A stretch of 64,000 nucleotides of DNA, taken from contig NMRA01000133.1 in assembly GCA_002633005.1 (NCBI GenBank), forward strand, positions 614,627 to 678,626, written 5' to 3'. Shown one piece after another: positions 1 to 11,654 of the stretch. The DNA is from Phoronis australis. Lineage: Eukaryota; Animalia; Phoronida. Under the pieces are notes generated by a model. That model was given only the letters and a program-made list of their open reading frames with translations, was not told where the DNA came from and searched no databases. How positions within the stretch are numbered: position 1 is the first letter of the stretch; the number at the start of each line of letters is the position of its first letter. The position numbers were made by a program, and so were the translations under genes.

Positions 1-56
1 GAGAACGAAACTTCGAAAAAGACCGTTCCACGAACACAAAGTCTCTTTTCTCGTTA

Positions 57-318
57 TTGATCCTCACTTAGACCGATATTGGTCCTCACTTGGACCGATA
101 TTTGTCCTCAGACCGATATTGGTCCTCACTTAGACCGATATTGGTCCTCACTTAGACCGATATTGGTCCTCACTTAGACCGATATTGGTCCTCACTTAGA
201 CCGATATTGGTTCTCACTTAGACCGATATTGGTCCTTACTGAGACCGATATTGGTCCTCACTTAGACCGATATTGGTCCTCAATTAGACCGATATTGGTC
301 TTCACTTAGACCTATATT
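57..318. repeat. 22-bp tandem minisatellite (cctcacttagaccgatattggt), ~12 copies
   Basis: Directly visible period-22 array with a few substitutions and one 4-nt deletion; no spacers. Confidence 0.95.
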
Positions 319-1216
319 AAGACAGTTAATATAACAATTGGGTACACTAACTACGCTTTCGCTACCAGTTAGACTAGAAAAGCTAAGCGAGGAATGTGTG
401 AAAGCCAGTTTAAGAGTACTTGGGATCTAAAATCTCTCAGTGGGTATTTATGACCGGCATGTGTCCCGACGATAAATAAACGTGTGCCACAAGCTAATTT
501 CCAGATATGAAAGGGAAACCTGGGATTGTCGAGAGGTCATTAATTGTGACAAAATAGTGGTGCATGTACCAAGATAAAAGATAATATTAGATAAAAATTA
601 TGGTCTCAACAAAGCGGAAACAGAGGGACGAGAATCTACCTGTAGTGTAGGGAGGTAGTGGGTGAGAAAAACTGAGGCGAGATTGCCGCAAACGTCTTTG
701 ATGCTGTCACAAACACGTGGTTATGAAAATTTGTGAGTTCAGTACAAAGCAATGGAATTCCTAAGGTCGCGTGACAATCATCAGCCACTAGGAGACGTGA
801 GCGGATCTAACTCTCAGCACGTAGCAGCAGAAGGCCAATTAAAAGGCTTGAAATAGACTCCCTTGGCCAGGGGAGAGGTATTTATTTCCAACAATGGGGA
901 ACCATAAGTACGAGTGAAATACCGTTTACTTGAGAAGGGCTGGTATATCTGAAAAATAGCACTTCAGCGTTGCAGCTACGTCGTCATTGGTTGTTTCTAC
1001 CATGCTTGGTTAGCTCCGAATCAAAAGCAGACGATCTTCAACTGACTTTGCTTGATTGTAAAACAAAATGAAAAATATAACGAAATTTGTTCTTAAACAG
1101 CGACATATCACATAAACCTAAACGTGGATCTCAGACCTACTCCATAGCGGGGTAATATAACTGCAAGTCTTAGCTAAGGCGATTTCGGGCTTAAGCAGGC
1201 GTGCGTTCAGTAGTCG

Positions 1217-1338
1217 CTAGGACCTACGCTAGGACCTAGCCAAAAGCTAGTCAAGGTCACGTGCTCTAATTTAAAATACACTGAAATATCTCGCGTAATC
1301 TCGCAAAGTCTTGCTTTTAAGCTAGGTTCTAGCGTTAC
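1217..1338. mobile_element. ~110-120 bp MITE-like repeat; related copies at ~44544-44656 and (inverted) ~46365-46450
   Basis: Shared core 'tcacgtgctct..ttta.aatacac...aatatctc.cgtaatctc.c.aagtct'. The 44544 copy has inverted ends cgctaggacctcgctaaaa / ttttagcgagatcctagcg. Confidence 0.65.
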
Positions 1339-1867
1339 TGAACGGGAGGCTGGTTTTTGCTGTGGCAGCTTAGTCTTAATGTGGTCACTGGAGAGACGCA
1401 TTATTGGTATTAGTTTTGGGTGGAACATACCTCTTGAAGTAATTAGCTCTAACTAGATCCATAAAACAACAAAATCTAACAACACTTTTCTCACCGATTA
1501 TGTCGCCTTAAGTTATTGCACCAAGACAAGACCAATTCCTTGACGCTTTGGTCCTCACAACAACTGACCTCTGAACGATCTGCGCAGTGCGCATGCTTCA
1601 CAGACCAGAGATCTACGTGAAACTGCATGCTCAAACTGAGAAGCGACACCTTTTCTTTAGAATCACTGCTCCCTCACATCCAAACGAACTCGATAGTTCA
1701 CATTTAATTACAATCTGTCATATTGCAAGCGACATAATTATAAAATTCGAATTTGCATACATCGGCGGTTTTCAGATGACAAATGGTGGGTCTTTTAAAA
1801 CAGCTCGGGAAACAGATTTCACCCACTTCAAGGTAAATGTATAACTGGTCAAGAAAGAGGTGAGTGA

Positions 1868-2269
1868 CCGATTGCATGAAATAGTCCCAAACAGGGACTC
1901 TCCTAAGTTCGCGAAGTCTACTACGTATTTGTGAGCTTGTGAAAACACTGATTGTCCTTCCTGGTGCTGTTTGAGTCTCATTACTAAGTCAATTTTTGGC
2001 TTTGATACAAAGAGTGAACTCTACGTTGAATTGTAGTGATCTTTTCGTGTAACTCTCCTAAGTTAAGGCTAAAGTCTTCCAATTATTATAACTCAATTAA
2101 AGTCTCAGTGAAAGTTTTAGTTATATTATTAGAAAATGTCACCAGTAAAAGAGGAGCTCATAATAAAGATGAAATTAATATAAAATCGGTGAGTAAAGAA
2201 CGAAGCAAATACGCAAAATATTTAGGGAACTAAGTTGAGTTCCTGTTTGGGACTGTTTCATGCAAACGG
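1868..2269. mobile_element. ~400 bp MITE with ~43-bp imperfect TIRs (PIF/Harbinger-like)
   Basis: 1868-1910 (ccgattgcatgaaatagtcccaaacagggactc...) is the near reverse complement of 2227-2269 (...gagttcctgtttgggactgtttcatgcaaacgg). A similar end motif recurs near 14115. Superfamily is inferred. Confidence 0.65.
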
Positions 2270-2319
2270 GCAATGGAACTCATAGATCCACACCTGATTA
2301 TGGTTTTTACCATTATTAC

Positions 2320-5300
2320 CTGTTCAACTCCACCACTTTCCCAGTATTGTAATACTGGTGACCGGAAGAACCCTTTTCCTTTGTCCAAATAGCTTTGATA
2401 CTCGTACTCTTTCGCGTCATTCTTCCAGATCTTTTCAAATGAGTCTTCGTATTGGTTTGGTGTCATGAAAAATGCTAGGTTCCAGTTCACTGGAAAAATA
2501 CACAGACTGCAATAAGATGGATTAAATAAATCACAATATTGACAACTTGACATCTTTCCTTTTCAACATCACTACTAAAATCTGTCGTGGTGGTGCTCAT
2601 CCGCAAGAAGATGGTGCTTGGTCCTGCTGATGCTAGCCTGGTGGACCTACCAATTATAAATTTCAAACAGCGCGTCATCTTAACACATAAATACAGAAAA
2701 TCTTCATAAACTACTTGCTGATATATGCGCAAACATTTTGGACATTTTGCGTTGCATCCTGCGTACGCACACGCGCACGAATCAAAACTGTTTACTTATC
2801 ATGTCACTGTAATTAGCTGTACTAAGTAAGAATACTGAAACTCGTTGGTAGCCTTTACCGAATACCGTTGCTGACAGACTTAGAAATTTTTAGTGTCAAA
2901 ACGAAAAACACGCCATTTCCTTGTTTCGTGATAGTTCATTTTTTTACACTAAATTCTCTTTGTAAGGCAAAATGCGCCTAGACTTTCGACCGTTTGTCAA
3001 CATTTTTGCTGTGATCTGAGTTATCAGGAATTCTTAAATAAAACTGACAAAGTGACTGAATAATGGTTAAAGTGAAGAGAGCATACAAAACACGTATATT
3101 TTTCACTACATCTACAGCTCTGTGCTTGTATTAATAAGTATGTACCTCGTTCGGCAAGGAAAGTAATGTGCTGCAATTTCGCGCGGGTGCTCTATATAAT
3201 GACATACACTCCTGTCAAATTACAAATGCCACACGTGTTTACATCGTTATCTCCACGTCACTATTTGACAAAGTATATTCAAATAAGACAGACGCTGTTA
3301 AAGTCAAATGAGACTGTGCTGAGCCAGCTATTGATGTCCTTCCTCAATTGGACGGCATTGTGCTCAACATTTTTTAAGAACATACCTATTCAATATAAAA
3401 CAAAATAAACGGACACAACAAGCCCTGACTTCATAAAGCATGCAGGAAGTCTGGTAACAAGACAATTTTCAATAGATAAATGGGCCAAGGTGACCAGGTC
3501 GAAAAAGTGATGTTACAAGGAGCGTCATTCCGAAGCCCTCATCCACGATATCGAAAATAACTCCCAAAATTACAAGGAGTGTTGCACGCTTGTCAAACAG
3601 ATCTTTTAAAGTTATGTACGTGTAGCCCCCTATCGTCAATGCTGGGCATTTAGTCAAATATATGGAAAACTATAGAAATCGTCTCGGTACAATCTGATTG
3701 ACTGATGTCTTCGTTAATGAAATTTAACAAAATATGTTCACGAAAACAACGGTTTTAAAACTTGACATGTTTCGGTGTCATTTATTAAACACCATCCTCA
3801 GAAGTCATAATTTTAAGCTCCTTTGTTGTTACTGCCTGGTCTATTATTGCTTAAAATTCGTGAGGCTTTACATATCAGTTGGTGCAAGCCCAATCTCAAT
3901 AGGCAACTGACACACCACAGGTTGTCATTGTTGGTCTAGTTCATTGTCACTCCCTGTAACTGACTGTATCTGTGCTTCATTACTTGTTGCTGGGCCTAGC
4001 TAGGTGGCCACTGTATTATGACTTCTGAGGATGGTGTTTAATAAATGACACCGAAACATGTCAAGTTTTAAAACCGTTGTTGTTTTCGTGAACATATGCT
4101 GTTACTTGCTATCATGGAGAAATTTAACAAAAACAAAAAATATATTTAGTACAAAACAACGGTATCAATAGCATGACCAAGTTTCACATGAAATAAGTCT
4201 TCAAATCGAAATCGCAAAAGCACTTTCATAGTTTTGTCACTTTTGAAGTTTTTCAAAAACAAAAATATCAAAAGTCTTATTTTTGATAGCCTCTATGCAA
4301 AAGTGGAACATTTTAAAAACAATTCCAAACAGCGTTTTGGAAAACAAGCATAGAACACGAACGTTTCAAGTGAATCCGATCAGCCGTTTCTTCTAGAGTC
4401 TCACATAACCTTAAGTAAACCTAATGTAAATAACTTTCCATTTTTGAAAATAAGTGAGACTGGAGAGAAGGCATCGAATAAACAGCAAAACATCAATTAC
4501 TTAAAAACAGTTTCTAGTAAAACGGGTCATCTCTATCCATCTTCGTCATGTCCTGTAATATATTTCGTAATATATTACGTTGTTTTGAGCATGTTTCAAG
4601 TTCATTCAGCTTAAGTGAGAAAACTATTAGAGCGTATCGATACTAAATAGAGACACGCTTCTGACAGAATCATCACTGTACTCCGTTGACCTAAAGTCGC
4701 AAATCTAATTCATAACACCATCCGGTTGTCGCATTCCGTGAACTCCCCCCCATAACTTATGACATCATAAATGTATACGTATATATTTCAGTCCTTTCTT
4801 CATTGTACAGAAAGAGTGTTGCCACGGGACTAAATATCGGGTTAATTAGTGTGATTTTATTCATTATCTTTGTAATAAACGACATAATGTATTGCAAATC
4901 AGCAACTAGCAGTGTCTTTAGCTAAGCCCTGGAACGAAACTTACCTTGATATTCACAAATTGCTCGTAAGGTATCAGTAGGCTTCATTGGAGTGACCATC
5001 CATGGAGACGAGGTAGGATTTAGTGTCAAAACGTTTATGGTGTTTGGATCCATGATTTGGATACTCGAGTTGAAGCGCGGGTGAGTGTACGACATGTTTG
5101 TTTCTGTGACACTCTTTGACCACACCCACCCATTTCCGGAAGAGTATATTCCTTTAATGAGAATTTTGAACTTGAATACATCAATGAGGATGCCAGTTGT
5201 GTTGAACTATTGTTACTAAGGATATGACAATGAAAATTAGAGTAATGGCAACGTTGACAGAAGGTGTCGGACGACAAAAATGAGTACAGAGGATAGTGTA

Positions 5301-8300
5301 ACGGCCGCCGGAAATGGATATCGAAGGGGTGGGGGACGAGAGAAATTAGGACGAGGGAGAGGCAAGACAGCATCACTATTAGTCGACTTCTATACATCGG
5401 AGAGGGCAGGTCATTGGTTAAGCCAGATTTTTCGTCGTGTCCATGTTTAAATGATTTGCAATGTAGTTACCAAGGAATTGGTGAATTAGTCCGCCAAACT
5501 TTCGTACCATTGGATGAGTGTGATTTAAGTTACTAGTTAAATCAAACGTGACGTGACATCCTTCTGTTCACGGGGGCCACTAAAAGCCAACTTGCTACTT
5601 GCACTGCACTCTATGAGCACTCTAACAAAATGCCGATTCCTCTTAGAGGGGAACGTAACCGCTATTACAGACTGGTTTTCCTATACAAATTTTAAAGGTC
5701 ATCAAAGTTCCTTGTGTTCTACTTGATTAAACATGCAACGTCCGTGGACCAAATCGTTCCCCGGCATCGTTCCACCATTCAGTGTGTACATCTTTTGATT
5801 GCATACTATGTACTAATAATTGTCAAAGTCTAATATTTAAATATGAAGTATTACTGTTAATGGCACAAACACATTTTCTGAAGGAAAAGGATGATGCTGT
5901 GAGATATATTGCCGTAGTCAATATTTATTGACACCTGGGCGACATTATATTCCGAGCGGTACAATACTTGACGGCGTTACAAAATATGCTGTCAAATTGT
6001 GATGCCACTTAGTGTCGAACCCTGAGAATCTATCTTTTGCAAATTGCATGGCTGTGTACATGTGCGCAATACTGCATGTAGGCCTACTTAGTGGTGAAGG
6101 CTTGCGTAAATCCAAACGTCGACGACCTATTTTATCTCTTGGTCGTCAATCGTTATCAATTTCGCAATGCCCCCGATCTGAACCAACTTTACTCTCTCCC
6201 GTCTGCCACCGATTTCACCCTCCTCCCTTCCTTTATGTCTTATTTTTATTTTTCTATCGGATGTTACGCTACCCGAAACTTTTGCCCGAACGCTAATTAC
6301 ATGGGCGGCGCACCATAGGGGGCTTGGGGGAGGGGCTATATCCCCACTTTTTTCATTGCTGCGCCGCCCATTTTATACACCTTTGCTCCATCTGACTCTG
6401 GATCCGCCTATGTACCAAAAACCCTGGTAAGCAAAGTACCTTTCAACACAGTTAAGGGGCGACAATATGAACCGATGTTTACAACACGTAATGTCTCCCA
6501 GGTTGATGTTGACGGCATCTGTTATCGCACTCGGCACATATTGTCGCCCTGGCGACATTATGTCTTCGGCAACAATAAGTCACAACAAATGCGGTGATAG
6601 AAAAACTATTGTCTATGCATTGAATGTGCTTGTAAAGGACTTCCCAATGCGGTGACGTGCTTGTGGCGCTGTGGTCGGTAAAATCGTGGCTTTCGAACAA
6701 AAAAAAATCTTCAATGAGTACTCGACAAAAAACTGCGTTACCGCAGCAGCGGTCAACATCAATAATTCGTAATCACATCAGTGGTCAATACTAACAATAG
6801 TTGGAACTATTGGCCGCTGGTGAGTGAGTTTGAAATTTTATAAATCTGTTCAAATCATATCATTATTCCAGATATCAGGACGGGATTTAGATCAAAAACT
6901 GCTGCGCCAGCGTGGGGATCCCCCGTCGGCAGGTCGTAGATATGTATCTACTAGGTATAACCAAATAAAACGAAAATAAAGATAACAAAACAATTACTCG
7001 TGAAGGGAAAATAAGAAGAACAAACCTGCTGTTTGCCAGTTGAAATTGGAGGTCGTCTTACTCAGGTAATTGTTGATGAATAAATCTTCCTCTTCATTGT
7101 CGATGATTAGCATACTACCCTGCTGACACAGCCTCATGTTTTCATCGATGGTTCTCGGCATGACGTGAAACATGTAGCAACTCGTTCGGTAGGGCACGGA
7201 TTCAAGTGGACACAAAGAGCCTAGCAACAGTCAGCATAATATTCTTAGGCTGTTAGACAGCGGGGGTAGTTAATAAGGATTAAATTGTACACTAAAAAGA
7301 AATTTTGAATTTATCACCCCAAAGTGCACCTCAAACGACATGTTTCATGGTGTTTTTATCAGTTTCATATAAGCTACAACGAAACATTGAATTAGACCAC
7401 AAGGGCTCTAGTTGGAAATTTCCCTAAAATCGACAGGTACTGGAGAAATGCTACCAGATACCTCTGTGCCAAGTTTCATTGAAGTTCGTTCATCAGTTGT
7501 CCAGATATCATCCGGAAACGCGCTTCCTAAAAAGTTAGTGAAAACGAATCTTGTCAAGACCAGAATGGCCATTCCAATAGTGTTATATGTACTATAGTAG
7601 TCAAATCGCCCGAAAATTGACCGATTTCGTTGCATCACATAACTCTGAGTCAAGGCTCATTGAAATATGTCCAAATATTTTCTAAATATTATTGTGACGC
7701 ATTTCGGCTAAAGATTTTACTGAGAATCGCTATTGATCAGTCATGAAAAACCTGTGTTGAATGAACAGCTCAAAGGTGTGTACCACACGCTCGCTGTTTC
7801 GATAGTGATGTGGGCTTCTTACTGTGTGCTGCATTCACACTCTCTGTTTGTATGCCCTCTTCCTTCTGTCACGTGTGTTTCACTTTTATTTCGCTTATTG
7901 CCAGATGAAGAGACACGCAGTCTCGAAATATAGCTCGTGTTTCAAATTTTCTCGATGTTTTACTACATAGCTGCACACCTGAAGAAAAGAGATTGTTCCG
8001 ACACTACGAGCGAACCAGTATCAAGCTTGCAAACAAAAAGTCTAGTCGTGTTTTCAACGAAGTTTGTGCAAACGAAGGGCTGCTATCGAACTATACTAAA
8101 TATTACCTGGGAACGTTACGTCCCCCCCCCAAAATACACTGAAAAGCCCCGACCATGGGATACGAGGTAATAACAGGACAAAATGGCTTTTGTTGCTGGA
8201 AATTGTCCAAAAAAAATTGACCGTTGCGGGCGCAATTCCGAGTCTGTTTCACGTTTCATTGAAATACTGAAATTGATTCTTTAGATATCATCCGGAACCG

Positions 8301-9352
8301 ATGTTCCTCCTAAAAGTACTGTTGATTCTAAAACGGCCACTGAAGGAGCTGTAGCGTCGAATCCCCCCCGAAAAACGACTGGTGCCAACGCACTGTAGCC
8401 AAATACCTCTGAGCCAAGGTACATTGAAATCTGTCCATCTGTTCTCGAGATATCACGAGGAAACGTTTTTCCTGAAAGAAATGAGTGGCAAGCTTGCCGC
8501 TCACCTTTGACCCTGGGAATTGGAGCTAATTGAAATATGACATGCACCATTCCAGTGATGGTCTATACGCTTGTAAAATTTTCACTTATCAACATCCGGC
8601 TTGGTGTTCATGAGTTATGGAGCAGACAACTAGACAACCGGACAAGAGAACAAAACAACATCGAGGGGGTTGCTGAAATAGTCGAAAATGACCGAAAATC
8701 GACTGGTGTCGGCACAATTTTGCCACATGCCTCTGTGTCAATTTCATTGAAATCCGTCTGTCGTAAATCTGGAAACGCTCTTCCTCCCAAACACTGAAAA
8801 AATCCGTCATCATTTGCGTGTAGGCCTGTTACAAATATGGAGCCGCAAAACCTGCGTGTGAATTATTTCACAGCCCTCAGTTTCCTCACTAGAGCCGAGT
8901 ACACTGCGACACGTGTTGTGGTGATTATCTGTACTCACATGCGTCATTATAAACATAAGTTTTTTTTAATAGTAAGTTAACTGTCAAAACTTACTTGCGA
9001 GTAATAATTCTTAAAAAGGACCGGAACGCGAAATACAGACTAAACGCGCAAAATTTTGAGCGCTAACTTGCCTTATTAAAAAGTCGAAACAGGGCGCCAC
9101 CCAAAAGTGAACTTCAGAAGTGTGTTGGAACAGTTTTTCCTCGGCATAGATTATCTTATTCTTACCGTCGTTTACATATATAAATACTTGCAAACAGGTC
9201 AACAAGAACAATAAGTACCTTAAAAAGGGCACTGTATATACATCAGAATGAGTAATTTTCAGACTAAAATTGTAATACTCACACTCGACGAGAAAGTTGT
9301 GAATAATAAACCAAAAGGCGCACGATAACACGATGTTGGCTCTAAGCTCCAT
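2320..9352 (-). CDS. Secreted C-type lectin-like domain protein with a second uncharacterised domain; 3'-partial. Exons 9352-9283, 7220-7026, 5151-4945, 2489-2320
   Basis: All junctions are GT-AG and phase-compatible (1,1,1,0). Exon 1 is signal-like (MELRANIVLSCAFWFIIHNFLVEC). Exons 2-3 read CPLESVPYRTSCYMF...RLCQQGSMLIIDNEEEDLFI...WQTAG-IYSSGNGWVW...LRAICEYQ, the CTLD pattern. Exon 4 reads VNWNLAFF...KGFFRSPVLQYWESGGVEQ; no next exon was found in the window. Confidence 0.8.
3759..3806 (-). ncRNA. Second identical minimal hammerhead motif on the opposite strand
   Basis: Exact reverse complement of 4020-4067. Confidence 0.75.
4020..4067 (+). ncRNA. Minimal type-I hammerhead ribozyme motif
   Basis: GACUU-CUGAGGA-U-GGUGU(uuaauaaaug)ACACC-GAAA-CAUG-UC^AAGUU: intact CUGANGA/GAAA core, 5-6 bp stem II, GUC cleavage triplet, stem I GACUU/AAGUU, palindromic ACAUGU in place of stem III. 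Confidence 0.75.
7440..8800. repeat. Degenerate Helentron/HINE-like repeat with internal subrepeats, interrupted near 7740-8200
   Basis: Motif 'gccaagtttcattgaa...gatatcatccggaaacg' recurs near 7468, 7650, 8253, 8412 and 8735. Family assignment is inferred. Confidence 0.45.
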
Positions 9353-10109
9353 TTCTGCAGACTGGTACTAATATTTTTACGAGACAATAAATATACCAGG
9401 CCAATGGTTGTAATGAATTCTTCATCAGCAAATTTGATTTAGCTAATTAATCGCAGAACGAGGGTTCGTTATTCCCAAAGGTTCACTCTCCGAAAGTTTG
9501 TCACCATGAATGGCTAATAAGATGGAAGTCAGACATGCATAAAGTACTATATTTTGGGTCCATTTGGTAATGTGCGGAAAGAAACCTGTGCAGAAAGACG
9601 TCATGCCATGATCAAGATTGCTGCAAAATTAAGCCACGTTCCAACTCCGTTATTTAGCTTTCACTTAGCATCATCTAATAAGGTACTGGTGAGAAAATAA
9701 CTTAGTCATGTGCAACACATTATGCACCTACAAGATCCAGGAGCCATGCACAACTACAAAGCTGCGTGTCTGTGGTTTGTGGTGCTGTCCGTGGTTTGAC
9801 TAGTTATTTGATCGGGTAAATGTTTTTGTAGTACTTGATACAAATACATGTATTGTACTATGATTGAATCCGCTGTGCCTTCTACGAATGTTTTCTTTGC
9901 CAAGTGATTTAGGTTCCAAACCTTAACAATCAGAATTATCGAATCTAAAGGCCTTTTCACACTAACATCGGCGCGTCGATATTTTGGGGAGTTGCGGTCA
10001 GTATGAACGATTATCTTCGGTCCTGGATCGAAGTTAACAGCGCCAGTAAACTTCGCAGTAAACAGGTGGATTTAACAGCTAAGCCTATTTTGGTTTCTGC
10101 CGGACCCAT

Positions 10110-10350
10110 TCCAGAGTGCAATTTGTCTGTCATGGGTCATTCGGTGTTCAGTGCGGTACTATCGTTCGTTTTAAATCAGTTTTGGCTGGTACCTCGAATA
10201 TCTAGTCTAGCTCATTTTTGGGCCCTTTGTAAGGCCATCAGGGGTCACACCCAGAATGCAGACAACGGCAGACATCCATTTCTGTACATACTGAGGTGGA
10301 CTCTAAATGCTCCAGTGCTCAGATGTTGGTACCTCGTTCATCTATGTTAA
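10110..10350. repeat. Dispersed ~240-bp repeat family; copies at ~49357-49590 (same orientation) and ~46915-47130 (inverted)
   Basis: Shared blocks 'agtgcaattt.tctgt.atgggtcatt', 'cagttttggc.g.tacctc.aatatc' and 'cacacccaga.tgcagaca.cggca.acatccatttctg'. Confidence 0.75.
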
Positions 10351-11053
10351 GTGCTCTGGGCTGCCGGTCTAAGAGCGCATATGTTTGCCAGCTAAAACGC
10401 TAGCGTTTCTCTACTTTGTAATGTCTGGATAATGTATGCAAAAACGCAAAAAAGAGAGACAGTTGATTCTATTGACGCTTGCCAAACAGCCTGGATATGC
10501 GCTGCTTTGCAATCTCTTTGAATTTAAAAAATGAATGAATTTTCTCTGGAAAATATGTGTATGTGAACTTTATTAAAACTTTTACGACGAGCGGTGACTA
10601 AAGTGCCAGTTCTCAAATGCGCGCAGTCAATACGTACTGCATTTTTTGAAAAATTCCCTTCCCAATTCGTAGCCAAAATGTTCTGCCGAGAGCCCTTAAA
10701 GGGTAAATCGCCAATGGTAACTGAAAATTATTCGCTTTGCTATGCCTTTTTCTTAACATTTTGTTCGAATCTGGGATGCCACTGTCATGTGCGCCCCCTC
10801 CCATCTGCCTATAGCAAACAAGGTTTCTCTTTGACAACACGTTCCCAAAGCATCCTATTTTCAGCGATTTGCGCTCGGTTAAAATGGATCATAAACTTTC
10901 TCTTTATCATAAAAAGAACAAAACAAATTTTAAAGCAGGGTTTAAATGACGTTGATAGAGAATAAGCATTATTTAATTTACGCAAGCGACTATTTCTTTC
11001 ATTGACATCCATACACCTTATTCAAGCAGTCTTCGCGTTCAAGTAACAAAGAG

Positions 11054-11173
11054 CCTCCTTTTAGGTTAAAAAACATGCAGTCTGCGCTTAATCACAGCGC
11101 AAAACGTGATTTTTTTCGCGTGCCTAGTAGTATTTACGTCTCAATTGTGTTATTTTTTAAACCTAAAAAGAGG
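11054..11173. mobile_element. ~120-bp MITE with ~19-bp TIRs; inverted second copy at 53225-53344
   Basis: Both copies end cctc(c/t)ttttaggtt..aaa / ttt..aacctaaaaagagg. Internal gcgcttaatcac.gcgcaaa appears reverse-complemented in the second copy. Confidence 0.75.
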
Positions 11174-11654
11174 ATCTTTTTGAAATGACTATTATGGCGC
11201 ATGAGTCAATGTCGGCTAAAAATTGCAAACAAATTTCAGAAATTTTCAACAGTCGATTTATTTGAAACAAAAAGGTCTCCGTAATATGCACCCGTCCACA
11301 ATCTGAAATTTGGTGGAGATCTGTGACTTGCTTTTGAGTTATTCCTTTGAGACCACGGGTTGTTTTAGAAACCAAATTTGACTTCTAAAACGCCATTGCT
11401 AAAAATAAAAGGCGGTCAGATATGTTCGTTTCTGTGTTTTGACCGGAAGTGAAGTGCTTGAAAGCAAAACAAAAACACTGACTGAATAGTTTTAATTGAA
11501 CACAAAACTGAACCAGCAACGTGCTTTAAACGATGTAAATAGGTGTCCATAAATTACAGATTCCGTCGAAAGATTCGTTAATATGAGAACATCTTTCTCC
11601 ACAGCGAGGTTAAATGACAATTAGCCAGCTTCTGATGAATACATGTACCAAGAA

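Larger units (their letters stand above)
3719..4132. mobile_element. 400-bp Penelope-like fold-back insertion with ~85-bp inverted arms and a 14-bp flanking direct repeat
   Basis: Arms ~3726-3811 and ~4015-4104 are reverse complements. gaaatttaacaaaa occurs at 3719-3732 and 4119-4132, exactly 400 bp apart. Each arm carries a hammerhead core. Confidence 0.75.

Noticed and set aside
57-318. CRISPR array
   Set aside because: Palindromic units are contiguous with no unique spacers; eukaryotic context and no cas genes.
1776-1832. Plus-strand exon-like segment (ttttcag|ATG...AAG|gtaaat)
   Set aside because: Good splice signals, but no partner exons or recognisable peptide.
2487-2732. 81-aa ORF as an extra lectin-gene exon
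   Set aside because: Weak donor, and exons at 4945 and 2489 already join in frame without it.
6301-6371. 12-bp inverted repeat as a hAT MITE
   Set aside because: Too short and no TSD; not classified.
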